A stretch of DNA of 63,973 nucleotides, counting the filler, from Folioceros fuciformis (Eukaryota), in assembly GCA_049999805.1 (NCBI GenBank). It is 8 parts of 8 records of this genome, joined end to end, with 100 filler letters (N's around TTAATTAATTAA, not from the genome) between each part and the next. Parts side by side here need not be neighbours in the genome. Positions count along the whole stretch, not along the records: positions 16,095 to 32,049 come from JBNGIO010002943.1; positions 32,150 to 41,315 come from JBNGIO010002944.1; 6 more parts are not named here. One strand, given 5' to 3'. A model generated the notes under the pieces. The model did not search any database. It had not been told where the DNA came from and saw nothing but the letters and a program-made list of their open reading frames with translations. Below are positions 24,701 to 36,035 of this stretch, one piece after another. Position 1 is the stretch's first letter. Each line of letters starts with the position of its first letter. The position numbers were made by a program, and so were the translations under genes.

Positions 24701-25004
24701 AGTATACATGCATCCTCCATAGCCTTCAGTCTTTCAACTCTTACCGTACGTCATGCTTTGAGCAGAGTGCTCTCTCCGTTCTTGTTCTCAACTGAAACGA
24801 ACGAAGGGCGAGCAGTATCGCCGTGGGAATTGCTACGACAATCGGGGCGACGGGAACTTGAATTAGTTTCTCGTCGCTCATGGTAGCTCGGTCTCAGGTT
24901 GGCACGGATAAGAGAGAGAGGAGAAGGGGAGAGGAAGGCCATGCTCATGGCATGGCATGTCAGCTCGCCAGGCCGTACCTTGGCGTACCAATATTTAGGC
25001 CTAG
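21753..25004 (-). mobile_element. MULE-superfamily DNA transposon with ~140-bp terminal inverted repeats
   Basis: CTAGGCCTAAATAT...CATGCCATGCCATGAGCATGGCC...TATCCGTGCCAACC at 21753-~21892 is mirrored at ~24863-25004. The element contains a transposase pseudogene. Confidence 0.88.
22160..24720 (-). pseudogene. MULE-type transposase with SWIM zinc finger (resembles the Arabidopsis At1g60560/At4g13970-type SWIM family)
   Basis: IDSTFGVNQYKYQLFTIMAFDLHMNGISIAW (DDE core), CECAQGRKGFICKH (SWIM), HGCQASF...HVDVSERVCHG, CAYGPQE. Probable intron (GTATGT donor near 24390). Multiple stops. Confidence 0.85.
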
Positions 25005-26740
25005 TGGTACCGTAAGGAAGACTCCTACAAACTATCTAAGCATCTATTTGTTGATTCTAAATTCATAATTTTTTTATTTACAATTTAAGAAAATTATAAA
25101 TTGATCATTTCAATCTATATTACCATTTATCTTAGAAATTATTTTGAACAAATAAATGGGAGAATGCACCCTTGCCTATAAGGCACACACATTAGAAATT
25201 TATAGGTAAATTCTAATAACCCGAATTGTCATTGTCTTCAATTGTTATTATATTTAAAATAAAATTATATGATTGAAATACTAAATTAAAATTTTTGATT
25301 ACAGGATTGCATTTTCCTATTGAATACTCTTCTTCAAATTAGAATATTTTCGAGAAATATATTAGAATTTATAGCCTATAAATTAGACTAAATGTTATAT
25401 CATTTTTTACAGGTTTCTAGGGTACAACTGCCAATTAGGCAGTTGTCATAGTGTACCTCCATTGAATTGTTGGAACTATTCAAGGGACATGCACTATGCT
25501 AGTTGACTTAATTGCAGTACATTCTAATTCCTGTAAAGAAAATAAAACAAAAAAATTATATTTTGTTGTTCATTGTTTGTTTTTTTGAAAATTGGTTTCT
25601 AATCAAGAAAACATAAAAAATACATTTTCTGAAAGCTAATTAAAATTTGCATCTATCTGGATGCAATGTATAACACAATGTGTTGATACCATCTTGATTT
25701 TAGGTGTGTTGTAAATCTATTATATATAATATAATACAATACAATACAATAAAGAACGTTCATCTCTACATATGTTGAGTAAAATATATATTACTTAAAC
25801 ATTGTGAAAACTCAAAATACTTAATTGTCTTACAAATAGTCACCCCTTCTTAAACTAGTATTCTGAATGAGTGTGATCTTTAACTTAACAGACACACTCT
25901 AATGAAACGGTGTGCCTTCTTATATCTAAAACCCTAAGTTGATATAAACAACACTCTATGGGGTAGGTATTCCAACATAGCAACTAACGTTGCTGTTTCT
26001 AGTGTGCATATGTTCCCAGTAGATTCAGAGCCAAATGCGGAGATTAAAGGGGATATTACTAGAGTGGAGAGCTTTGCTTGGAAGGGAAATGATCCATGGA
26101 GGAGGATTAATCAAAATCTTTTGCCGAGTTGAAAGGAATCTATGCAAAGATCGGGAGAGGAAGGAGGAGGGTGCCACTCTAAACATGTTGATATTTGTGA
26201 TCAACTGGCACACGACCTTAGGCGCATCTAACCACAAAGCGTGTAAACTTGCATTAAGGAAAAACATGAAAGCAAATAAAGTATATAGTCTAAGAACATG
26301 AAACAGTATGTAACCGTCACTAACCCTAAGTGGTAGCAATGTATACTTAGGTCTAAATAATACCTTTAACACTCCCACTCATTGCTAACCACCTTAGTGA
26401 GTTGTAGGCATTTACAAGTTAATCGAATTAACGACTAGCTAGAACCCAAAACCCTGAATCTACATAGGGTTTATCAGAGCTCCTTCACTCGTGCAGTTGT
26501 GCCAATCGAGTCTTCGAGTACTAGGAGGAAACGCTCCTTGAAGCTTGCATCTCTAACCTCAGAACCCTGTACCCAGAGGAATCACCTATGGCGAACAGGG
26601 GTGCAGTAGGAGCGATCATGAGCGTCTCGATTCAGATCTTAGACTCAGAGACTAGCGACTCTGAAGCAACTCTCTTCAATCAGCAGATCCAGCTCCTAGA
26701 TCAGGGGCACCTGGCGTCGGAGGGGAGTTAGGTTGAAGAC

Positions 26741-27624
26741 ATGGGCGCCGCTCCCACTGCCTCTAATGAGTTTTGCGAATACCCTCCGCCAATTCCTGCA
26801 CCAAGATATCCAACTCTGGAAGAAAACCGAGCTGTGTGCATCTGCCCCGAGCATCCGCCACATTGTCGTCGGCATGGGCGGACACCCAAGTGGCTTCACA
26901 TGTGCAGACGAGAGAGCTGCCACATGAACAGATACTGGGAGGATTGGGTAAACAAGCTGAAGCAGCGAGAGACTGAGCTCAGGAGGGAACTGGAGGAGTC
27001 AAGGATGCGTCATAACCCAACTGCTCACTCTGCAGATCAAATTCCTAAACCCGAGACTCCTGTTCTACCTAATTTCATTTTGTCTTGTGGTCCCCTTAAC
27101 AGCGCTTTTCTACCTCAAGGAAGGGAGACAAAGATTGTGTTGCCGATGAGATACCGAGGGAGAACTTTTTCTTTGCCAAGAGGCCACCCTAACAAGACGG
27201 TGAGGCTTATCTCCGACAATGACGGTGGAAGCGACCCTCTAACTCTAGAGATGTATGTCTGTACTGAGACAGGAATAGCCATGAAAAGGGAGGAGTGGTA
27301 CAGATGGGGAGGTTCTAGTGGGAACTTTGTATCCTTTTATGGTAAGCACCTTCAAAACTCTAAGGTCTCCCACTCTTGTTGTTGTTTAGAGAAGGACTGA
27401 AAGGCTTACACTGAAGCACTAACTGTACATGTGTGTTACTTGCAGTTGCCAGGGATAGACCAAATGAGGAAGCAGTGATACCCTATGCAACTGAGGACGA
27501 GAACATTGAAGAAGAACCAAAACATGATTTCGACTCCAACTACCTTGGGATACTAAAAGCAAGGGGGGAAGAAAGAAGATCATTGTTCTTTGACGGCACA
27601 AGCTCAGGATCTGAGACTCCCTAA
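26741..27624 (+). CDS. Antisense two-exon gene of the copia element (exon1 26741-27341, intron 27342-27445, exon2 27446-27624; 259 aa), Cys/His-rich motif plus coiled coil
   Basis: G|GTAAGC donor, CACTAAC branch point (27417-27423), TTACTTGCAG acceptor. The phase-1 splice joins ORF 26741 in frame to ORF 27433-27624. Contains CICPEHPPHCRRH...LHMCRRESCH. Confidence 0.75.
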
Positions 27625-28845
27625 GAACTGTGAACACAATTACATCACTGGTAACACACAACAGTCAGTCATTCCTCAAACTGACATTTTCAATGCTGCT
27701 GGAGTCTAAGACTCCTAGCATCTTCTTAAACTGGTTGTGCTTTACCTTAGGAAGGGCTTTAGTGAGCAGGTCAGCTGCATTAGTTTTTGTTGGTATGTAC
27801 TCAAGACAGATCTGACCTGAAGCAACTACCTCACGAATGAAGTGGTGTTTAACTTCGATATGTTTTTTCCGTGCATGAAAGACAGGATTTCGTGCCAGGG
27901 TAAGTGCAGACTGATTGTCGCAGTAAATTAACGTCGGTTGAGTCTGCTCCTGTCCCAGATCCTTGAGTAACCTTCTCAGCCATATGTCCTCCTTTGCAGC
28001 TTGAGTGAGAGCAAAGTATTCTACCTCTGTAGAGGATAGAGATACTGTGGATTGTTTCTTAGATGACCAGGTAACCATGCCACCAGCTAATAAGAAGACA
28101 TAGGCCGACATCGACTTTCTTGTCTCTGGGTTTGATGCCCAATTGGCATCACAATAACCAGCCAGTGTAAGAGAATCCTTGGATGACTTTTGTTTCGAGT
28201 AGTGTATCCCATGTTTACTGGTACCTTTCAAGTATCTGAAAATGCGTTTTGCTGCTGACCAATGTATTTGTCCAGGATCCTTCAAGAATTGAGAGGCCAT
28301 ACTCATGGAAGGGAGATATCAGGTCTCGTATGGTTAGAGCAAAAGATCAAGGAGCCAACAGCTTGAAAATACGGTACGCTCATCATCTGGTTTTTCTCTT
28401 AAGCAGTTTGAGGTGACTGCTCTTTCAATAGTTTACTGCCAGCCTCCATAGGGGTTAAGGCAAGTTTAGCATCCAGGAGCTTGTACTTGTGCAACATATC
28501 AAACATGTACTTTTCTTGGTGTATAACTAAAGTGCCTTGTTGAGGATCTCGTAGGAGTTGTGTGCCCAGACAGTAGGACAACTCACCAACGTCCACCATG
28601 TCGAACCTTCCCAAGAGTAAGGACTTGACACGTTCAATGTATGGCACGTCAGTACCTAGGAGAATATAGTCATCAACGTGCAAGGCCAAGATAACATAGC
28701 CAGGGTCATCATGAAGCAGATACACATTGGAGTCTGCTGAAGACTTCATGAAGCCCAAACCTCGTAAGAACTAATCTATGTACTCATACCAAGCTCTTGG
28801 ACTTTGCTTTAGGCCATAAATAGTCTTGAGCAACTTGCAACTAGT

Positions 28846-29059
28846 AATAGAAATAGTATAGATACTTTATATAGAAACGTACTTTAGATAGAAATAGTAT
28901 AGTCTAGCAGCAGCATATAAAGTAAACATGTAAATAGAATTATATGTAAATAACCAAATACAATATGTCCTAAAGCTTGGAACCCTAACTGCCGGATGCA
29001 TGTAAGGTGTCCGTGCATCTAACGATCTCTCCTCTTTTTTCATAAAACTTTTCTTCATA
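28846..29059. mobile_element. AT-rich ~210-bp insertion (probable degenerate solo LTR) interrupting RT
   Basis: The RT reading GKEDW|CKLLKTIYGLKQ is split by unrelated AT-rich sequence. Termini and TSD are degenerate. Confidence 0.5.
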
Positions 29060-30365
29060 CCCAGTCCTCCTTGCCTGCTAGCAATCTCATGACCTTCGGG
29101 CTGTTGCATGTAGATCTCCTCCTCCAGCTTGCCATGAAGAAATGTTGTCTTGACATCTATCTGATGTATAAAGAGAGAGAAGAAGGCTGACATGGCAAAC
29201 AGAACTCAAAGGGACTGAGCCTTGACCACAAGGGAGAATGTATCATGATAGTCTAGCCCAGGGACTTGTGAGAAGCCGTGAGCAACCAGCCTGGCCTTGT
29301 AACGGGCAATGGAACCATCAGCTCGATACTTCAACTTGAAGACCCACTTACTCGTCACAATTTTCCTCCCTTGAGGGGGTCTACAAAGCTCCCAGGTTTT
29401 ATTAGAAATAAGAGAGTTGTATTTAGACTTTATAGCATCTTTCCATTGCTTGGATTTAGGATTGGTAAGAGCCTCATGATAGGACTGAGGCTCATGGCCA
29501 GGGTTGATTGCAACATGAGCTGTATCTCTAACCGTCTCTCCAGATCTAGTGGCAACCGAGCGCGAGACAGGTTGTGGCTCCCAACGTCCAGCCCAGGCCT
29601 CCGGTCTGTAGGGTTCCTCTAACCATTCCTCCCGAGGCCTATAGGGTTGAGAAGAGCGGCGTAAGGGAACTGAATGTTCGGGAGGATCAGGGAGAGGTAA
29701 CACAAACTGTACTGGGTCATCAACCTCAAGGTCTGAAACAGGTAAGTCGATGGGAGCAGAAGGAACATGAACTATTTGTGTAGATTGTTCTTAACCTGTG
29801 GCTGAGACTGAATCAAACAAGTCGTAATCATTGCTATGAGATTCAAAGTTGTGAGGTGGCAAAGGTGTGTCCAGAGGTGGAACAGTAACATCAGTGAAAG
29901 AAGGATCAGAGATAGGAAATTCAACGACATCTAAATCTGCCTCTGAGGATAAGTTCTCTTCTGATTTAGGTACTAAGACTGGATATTCATAGTCTACAGG
30001 ATCAACCACCTTTGGAGGCTTCAAGACAGGGCGCTCATCAAATACAACAGTCTTAGCATGACTGACTTTGTGTGAGATAGGGTCAAAAAGCTTGTACCCA
30101 TGAATTCTAGTAGTATAGCCAATGAAAATATGCCTTCTAGACTTATAGGCAAACTTATGTCGTAGCTTGTCAGGTATGTGGGCATAGGCTACACTACCAA
30201 AAATGCAAAGATGAGATAAGTTAGGCTTATGACCTGTCCACGCCTCAAACGGTATTACCCCTCGAAGAGAAGAGACGACAATCCTGTTTTGAAGATAAGT
30301 AGCGACTTCAACTGCTTCTGCCCAAAAACGTGTTGAGTTATCGAGCTCTATATAAGCTAAACTCA

Positions 30366-30555
30366 TGTGGTGTTAGTTATCCTGGTTGGGTTCATACTAA
30401 ACTAGTTCTAGTTATAGTAAGACAATGGTGATGCGTATTGTTTTTGGTTGTGACTACCAATACCACCCTCTCTTCTCTCCTCTCCTCTCCTACACTTGCG
30501 CATAGACTGGAGTCGATCCTATTGACAAAACGTACTGATAACCTCCCCTGAAACA
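30366..30555. mobile_element. ~190-bp TG...CA insertion (probable solo LTR) interrupting integrase
   Basis: Integrase sequence (NGRVERRHRTL ... FWAEAV) is split by TGTGGTG...GAAACA. No clean TSD. Confidence 0.5.
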
Positions 30556-32149
30556 GTAAACAACGAGCTGTATCCTATAGAGTACGATGTCTCCTCTCAA
30601 CCCTTCCATTCATGTCAGAGTGATAGGGAATTGTCAACTGTCGAGTAATCCCCTTATCCTGATAGAACTGTTGGAAGGCTGTGGAGAAATACTCTTTAGC
30701 ATTGTCTGATCGTGCACTTCCACTGCTTGCTTGTTTGTCCTTTAGCATAGGCTAAGTATCTTTTGAAACTCTCAAATACCTTGCTCATATGCTGTAGGAG
30801 CTCTGTTACTGTGAAATGAGACATATCACCTTCAAATACAACAAAGTAGCGAGCTCCTCCCCATGAGGCCACAGACATGGGACCATAGATGTCTGTATGG
30901 ATGAGATCAAGAACATCTGTGGGCTTGCGTTGCGTGGCTTACCACTGCCAAAATGGGACTTAGACTGTTTCCCATGTACACAGACCACGCACAAATCCAG
31001 GTCAGATAATTCGGATTCTGTAAATCCTGTTACCATTTTTTCTTTGAGTAGCCTTTGCATAGCCTTAATGTTGGGGTGACCAAGCCGGCAATGCCAATGT
31101 AAGGCCTTACTTGCAGTTGACTTCACTACAGCTGCATGTGCTATAGGCTTGGATGAAGTCGGGGAAACAAAATCTAGCAGATATAGATCATACAAGGGAG
31201 AACCCCTAGATATGACCCTAGTGGGAGAGTCCAATGTGGAGATCACACACAAAGGTATGTCGTGTGGTTTGCAAAGGTACATGTAAGGTATTCTCTAGCC
31301 TCAAATTCCCTCCATCCTTCAAGGAGATTTGGACTGTTCCGACACCCTTCATTGGGACTTCTGAATTATCTCCTAACGAAACTGCTGATTTGTGGCAGGT
31401 TGGAACACGTTCATATGTAACAAACTGCTTTTGAGATGAGCACATGTGATTCGATGCTCCACTGTCAAGGAACCATCGATGTGAATCACGAGCAACTGAA
31501 TTAAGGCAAGCTCCAAGCAACCCCGTCGTCGAGGCTCTCGCAATATATCCTTCAGGTTGCTTTCCCTTTGTTGCCTCATTTGCTTCTCGTTTCCTGCAAT
31601 CTTTAATCCAATGCCTTGGCTTATTGTAGTAATTGCAGTTACCGGGCTTCTTCCCACCTTGAAGAGAGGTGTTGTTTCCATAATTGGATGACTGGCCCTT
31701 GCCACGTCCAAAGCCTCCTCGTCCTCTACTTCTGCCTCGTCCTCGTCCTCGTCTCGAGAACAAAGCAGTATCCGTCTGTCTGTGGGAAGATCCTGCTCCA
31801 CTAAACCCTGATTTATGCATGTGCTTTCTGTTAGCCTCTGCTTATAGCAAAGCTCCAACTAACCTTTGGACTATCATGTTTGTTGTAGCTGGTGTATTGG
31901 CAGTTGCTGGTACAACTGTTGTTGCAACCTGTTGGCTAGAGCTGCACTGTTCATAACTCGGTGGTAATGATGCCAGTAACTGGATGGCTGCCCTGGACTC
32001 AGAAATTATAACACCACACGAAGCAAGCTTAGCTCTTGCAGCTCGAAACNNNNNNNNNNNNNNNNNNNNNNNNNNNNNNNNNNNNNNNNNNNNTTAATTA
32101 ATTAANNNNNNNNNNNNNNNNNNNNNNNNNNNNNNNNNNNNNNNNNNNN

Positions 32150-32688
32150 TTGTTCCTTGCTTGGTCAAGTGCTGTAGGCCGGCCATGTCTTATGGCGTCT
32201 GGTAAGGTTGTGGGGAGGAGATACCCAAGAGGGAAGTGTGTTCCCTTCTTCCTTTTGTTTGGGGTTAGTCTAGTGACTCTTGCCGGGTAGGATTAGTCCG
32301 TAGGGAAGTGTAGAAGGTAGTGGTGTCGTTGCTGGTTGCTGGTAGTTGTTGGTGTTGGTGCTGGAGCGAGAGAGTGAGTGAAGTGAGTGAAGGAAGTCGC
32401 AGATCTGAGAGGTTAGAGTCGTTGTAGTGACTGGAGTGAGTTTGTGGGCACCGAGAGAGGTGCAGCTGACCGCCGGACAGCGAGGCCTGTCCTACGCCTG
32501 ATCGGAGCTGGAGGGGAGCCCTCGAATCCGTCATCGAGTCGATCAAGTCCGACCCTCCGTCCACAGCAGCAAGGAACCCCATCGCTCCTTCGTGGGAACG
32601 ATACCCAATGTCTGAACGACAGTGGGATAAGTGTGGCCACTAAAGGTGGAACTCGTCGGCAATCCGTGCCCGGGGTTTTGCCTCCACA
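32150..32688 (+). mobile_element. 3' portion of an LTR-like terminal repeat
   Basis: ~32572-32688 aligns with ~54753-54867 (GGAACCCCATCGCT...GATAAGTGTGG...CCCGGGGTTTTGCC.CCACA). The similarity stops at ...CCACA in both. Confidence 0.6.
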
Positions 32689-32957
32689 GGTAACCCTAGC
32701 TGCAGTTGGGATTCAGCAAAACTTGAAGCTAAACTACAAGTCATAGAGTTCAGGTAACCCTAGCTGCAGTTGGGATTCAGCAAAGCGTGAAGCTAAACTA
32801 CAGGTCATAGATTTTAGGTAACCCTAGCTACAGTTGGGATTCAGCAGAACATGAAGCTAAACTACAGGTCATAGAGTTCAAGTAACCCTAGCTGTAGTTG
32901 GGATTCAACAGAACGTGAAGCTAAACTACAGGTGACAGAATTCAGGTAACCCTAGCT
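32687..32957. repeat. Tandem repeat, 64-bp unit, ~4.2 copies
   Basis: CAGGTAACCCTAGCTGCAGTTGGGATTCAGCA...GAAGCTAAACTACAGGTCATAGAGTT recurs at 32687, 32751, 32815, 32879 and partly at 32943. Confidence 0.95.
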
Positions 32958-33934
32958 ATCTCTTCATATCTGCTATCCAAAGCTGGAGCAATTGAGCACA
33001 TGTAGCAATCCAGTACGCAATCCCTAACTGTCACTCCTCTCCTTGTGCAACTAAAACTGATCACATGATCGCGATGGGCGGGCAATCATGCCCTGAAGAT
33101 TTAGATTCTCCTGAAAAGAATGGTGAGTCTGCCTTGAATTTCTCAAGGGGAGGTAGACTAGAAGCCCCAAGAAGAATTGACAATTGATTGCTGATACATT
33201 GCAAATGACCAGAATATTCTTCCTTCAAGGAAGAGAGTGCATGTTGTAGGCGCTTCTCCCTTTCATATATAACCTCTAGAAAAATATATTGTCTTGCACG
33301 CAATTGAGCTACACGTATCTCAATGCGATTACAATAAAATTCCACCACAGAATAAATATATTCATAGGATATATATAATATTTCATAGGATATTCAGAAT
33401 CAAAATCTTCTAAATAGTATCAACAAGAAACTCCAAATTAGATTGCAATTTCTTATTATCTATATGATGATATATAGGTGGTTGCTTCAATTTTTGATTT
33501 TTGGTCACTTGTTTGGAATGGCTTCTACAAGCCTCAATTTCATGATGTCTATCTGATCTTTGCTCTCGTTTCAAATTGTGGAGCCTTCTTTGTTCTTGCA
33601 ATTGCCTCTTCCAAAACTGTCGTATCAAAACTTGATAATTATCGAGTGTCTCATTGGTCCATGGCAGTTTGGAAGTGGGCGGGGAAATGTGTGATTCGCG
33701 CTGGTGTCTTGAAGGAAATTCACCATGCGACATTGCAAGATACAAAGGATTCAGACACCATCACGGGGCTCTGATAGCATGTGTAAATACCTCTTGTCCC
33801 TAGCTAAGCAAGCGAGCAATAAACAAAGGTAATATATATTCAACAAAGCGCAAAAGTATTATATACAAAATAAAGTCTCGTAACCCTAAATAACTAGGTC
33901 ATCATATTAACCCTTGCTGGTTATATATCCAACA
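32958..33934 (-). mobile_element. 5' end of a copia-type element (LTR 33780-33934, PBS 33768-33779, leader) abutting the RT of the next element
   Basis: GCTCTGATAGCA (PBS, one mismatch) followed by a TG...AACA 155-bp segment. It shares ATATTAACCC and TTGCTG.TTATATA with LTR 897-1084. Confidence 0.72.
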
Positions 33935-36035
33935 ATCGTACCCTTTTAGCCCTGGCAGACCATTACAATCTCCTAGTGCATCAACTGGATGTCAAAATAG
34001 CATTTTTTGAATGGCCTGCTAGAGGAAGACATCTATATGATCCAACTTGAAGGTTTTATCATCAACACCGACAAAGTTTGCAAGCTCCTCAAAACTCTTT
34101 ATGGACTCAAGCAGGCTTCTTGAGCCTGGTATGAGGTATTTCATAAGCTCTTGATGGAGCTAGGTTTCACCTGCCTTGATGCAGACACCAGTGTATATAT
34201 CTTATGGGATGGAGCAGACTTCTTGATCCTTACAGTTTATGTCGATGACAATTTCCTTTTGAGCAATTCTGCTACTCTTATGGCTCGAATCAACATGATC
34301 CTGCTTTCTAAGTTTGACATGACCGACCTTGGGGAACTTACCTTCTCCCTTGGTGTGCTGTTCCATCTCAATCCGACTAACAGAACTATTGACATACATC
34401 GGGATCACTTTGTTCATCAGCTCCTCAAGCATTTTAATATGCTTGATGCTAAACCAGTGACCACTCCTATGGCTCTTGGTGAGACACTTTCTGTTGAGCA
34501 ATGTCCCACTACCAATGCGGAGAAGAAGCTTATGGCCAACATTCCCTACTGACAAGCTCTTGGCTCCTTGATTTACCTTTCTGGTTCGACACGGTTGGAT
34601 ATTACTCGAGCAATGGGAGCTGTGAGTCAGTTTTTAGAGAACTCAGGTTTGTCTAACTAGACTGTTGTTAAACATATATTTTGATACTTGAAAGGAACTC
34701 CCCGACTGGACTTGCGTTTTTCGAAGTCCAAGACTGGTTTGGACCTTTCAGCTTATTGCCATGCGAATTGGGCAGGGGACCCTGATACCCGACACAGTGT
34801 TGTTGCCTATTGTACTTTCATGGGCACTTCCACTGTTTCCTGGTCTAGCAAGAACTATCCACTATATGTCTTTCCTCGACAGAAGCCAAGTGTGCAGCCA
34901 TGACTCAAGCTTCCAAGGAAATTATATGGATAGGCAGCTTTCTCAAAGAACTCCAACAACTTCAGGCAGATCCCACTCCATTATTATGTGACAACCAATT
35001 AGCCATCGCACTCTCAAGAAATCCTGTGTTCCATGCAAGGTCCGAGCATATCGAAATTAGCCATCATTTTATTCGTCAAGCAGCAGAGGGTAATAGTGTC
35101 AAATGCTCTTACTATGGACAAAGTCTCAGACCTTCTCATGAAGGCCTTGTCAAAACCATTACATGAAAAACACACTGCTTCTGCTAGTATTTGTGAGATT
35201 CCTGCTGTTGTTACTAAGTGCACTGCCCATTAGCTAGGCTTGCTTTTCTAATCCCCCAGTGGGAGTTTGTTGTGTTTCTTGAGTGTATTCACCATGTCTT
35301 TTCTGGCCTTCATCAGCCTTGGCAAACTCCTCTGTCAAAGCTACAAACCCACAGGGATAATCAGTCACTTCCCTTGCAAACAACAGATTCTCAACATAAC
35401 TTTCAAGTCAGCTACTTACTGCCGTATGTGACCCACACACCAGTTTCTGTCATGTGTGGTTCAGGTTTCTTCACTTCCTCTTTTCCTGCTCTCTTCGTGC
35501 CCTTAGCAGACTTAACAGGCTTGTGCCCCCACTCTTTCTCCATGTAGACCTCGTCATTAGAATCCACTGGAAGAGGGATTTCCATGTAGGCCTGCATCTC
35601 TTTGGGAGGTGGCCTTAGGGCCACCCATGCTATGCCTCCTTTTTCCTTTTGTTCAGTCTCTTTGCATGTCGTCTTGTGAAAGTCGGCTGCAGGCGCAGCA
35701 AACACTCTTGAAGGGATGCCCTTGTCGTCGACGTTCTGTAGTCTTCTCGCCATCTTCGCCTTCGAACTATCAGCTGGCACAGGACCGCAACTTGGGGACT
35801 CGAAGGAGACTATGTTTGAGTCAAGACAATGCATTGCATGGAGACAAGACTGCCTTTCAGAGAATTTCCTGACTGGAATCCAGATTCTCTCACAACCCAG
35901 GCACTTAAGGCCTTGTATTACATCGTCCATGGTCGACCACACAAGACGTCGATGTGCACACCTGCTTGGAGATAAAGATATCTAGGTGCAGAGGATAGCG
36001 AGCGAGAAGACTTTGATCACAAGTAACATCAACTC
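33935..36035 (+). mobile_element. Degenerate Ty1/copia RT-RNase H fragment plus 3' spacer with antisense gene (related to 16560-21390)
   Basis: HQLDVK, YILWDGADFLILTVYVDDNFL (cf. YILWEGANFLILTVYVDDNFL in the 16.5-21 kb element), NPVFHARSEHIEISHHFIRQ. Confidence 0.9.
35234..35930 (-). CDS. Intact antisense two-exon gene of the copia element (exon1 35930-35420, intron 35419-35341, exon2 35340-35234; 205 aa), putative C2HC zinc-finger protein
   Basis: A|GTAAGT donor, GACTGAT branch site, TTTGTAG acceptor. The phase-1 splice is in frame (...VTYG-TLTEEFAKADEGQKRH...EKQA*). Motif CLGC-x17-HAMHC. Confidence 0.78.

Larger units (their letters stand above)
26186..32049 (-). mobile_element. Degenerate Ty1/copia element: 3' LTR 26186-26371, PPT 26372-26382, antisense gene, RNase H, RT, IN, PR, gag end
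   Basis: TGTT...AACA LTR next to CTCCCACTC (PPT on -). Motifs: KHIEVKHHFIRE, YCDANWA, LALHVDD, YKARLVAHG, FWAEAV, WFLDSGASNHM, CNYYNKPRHWIKDC. Confidence 0.93.
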
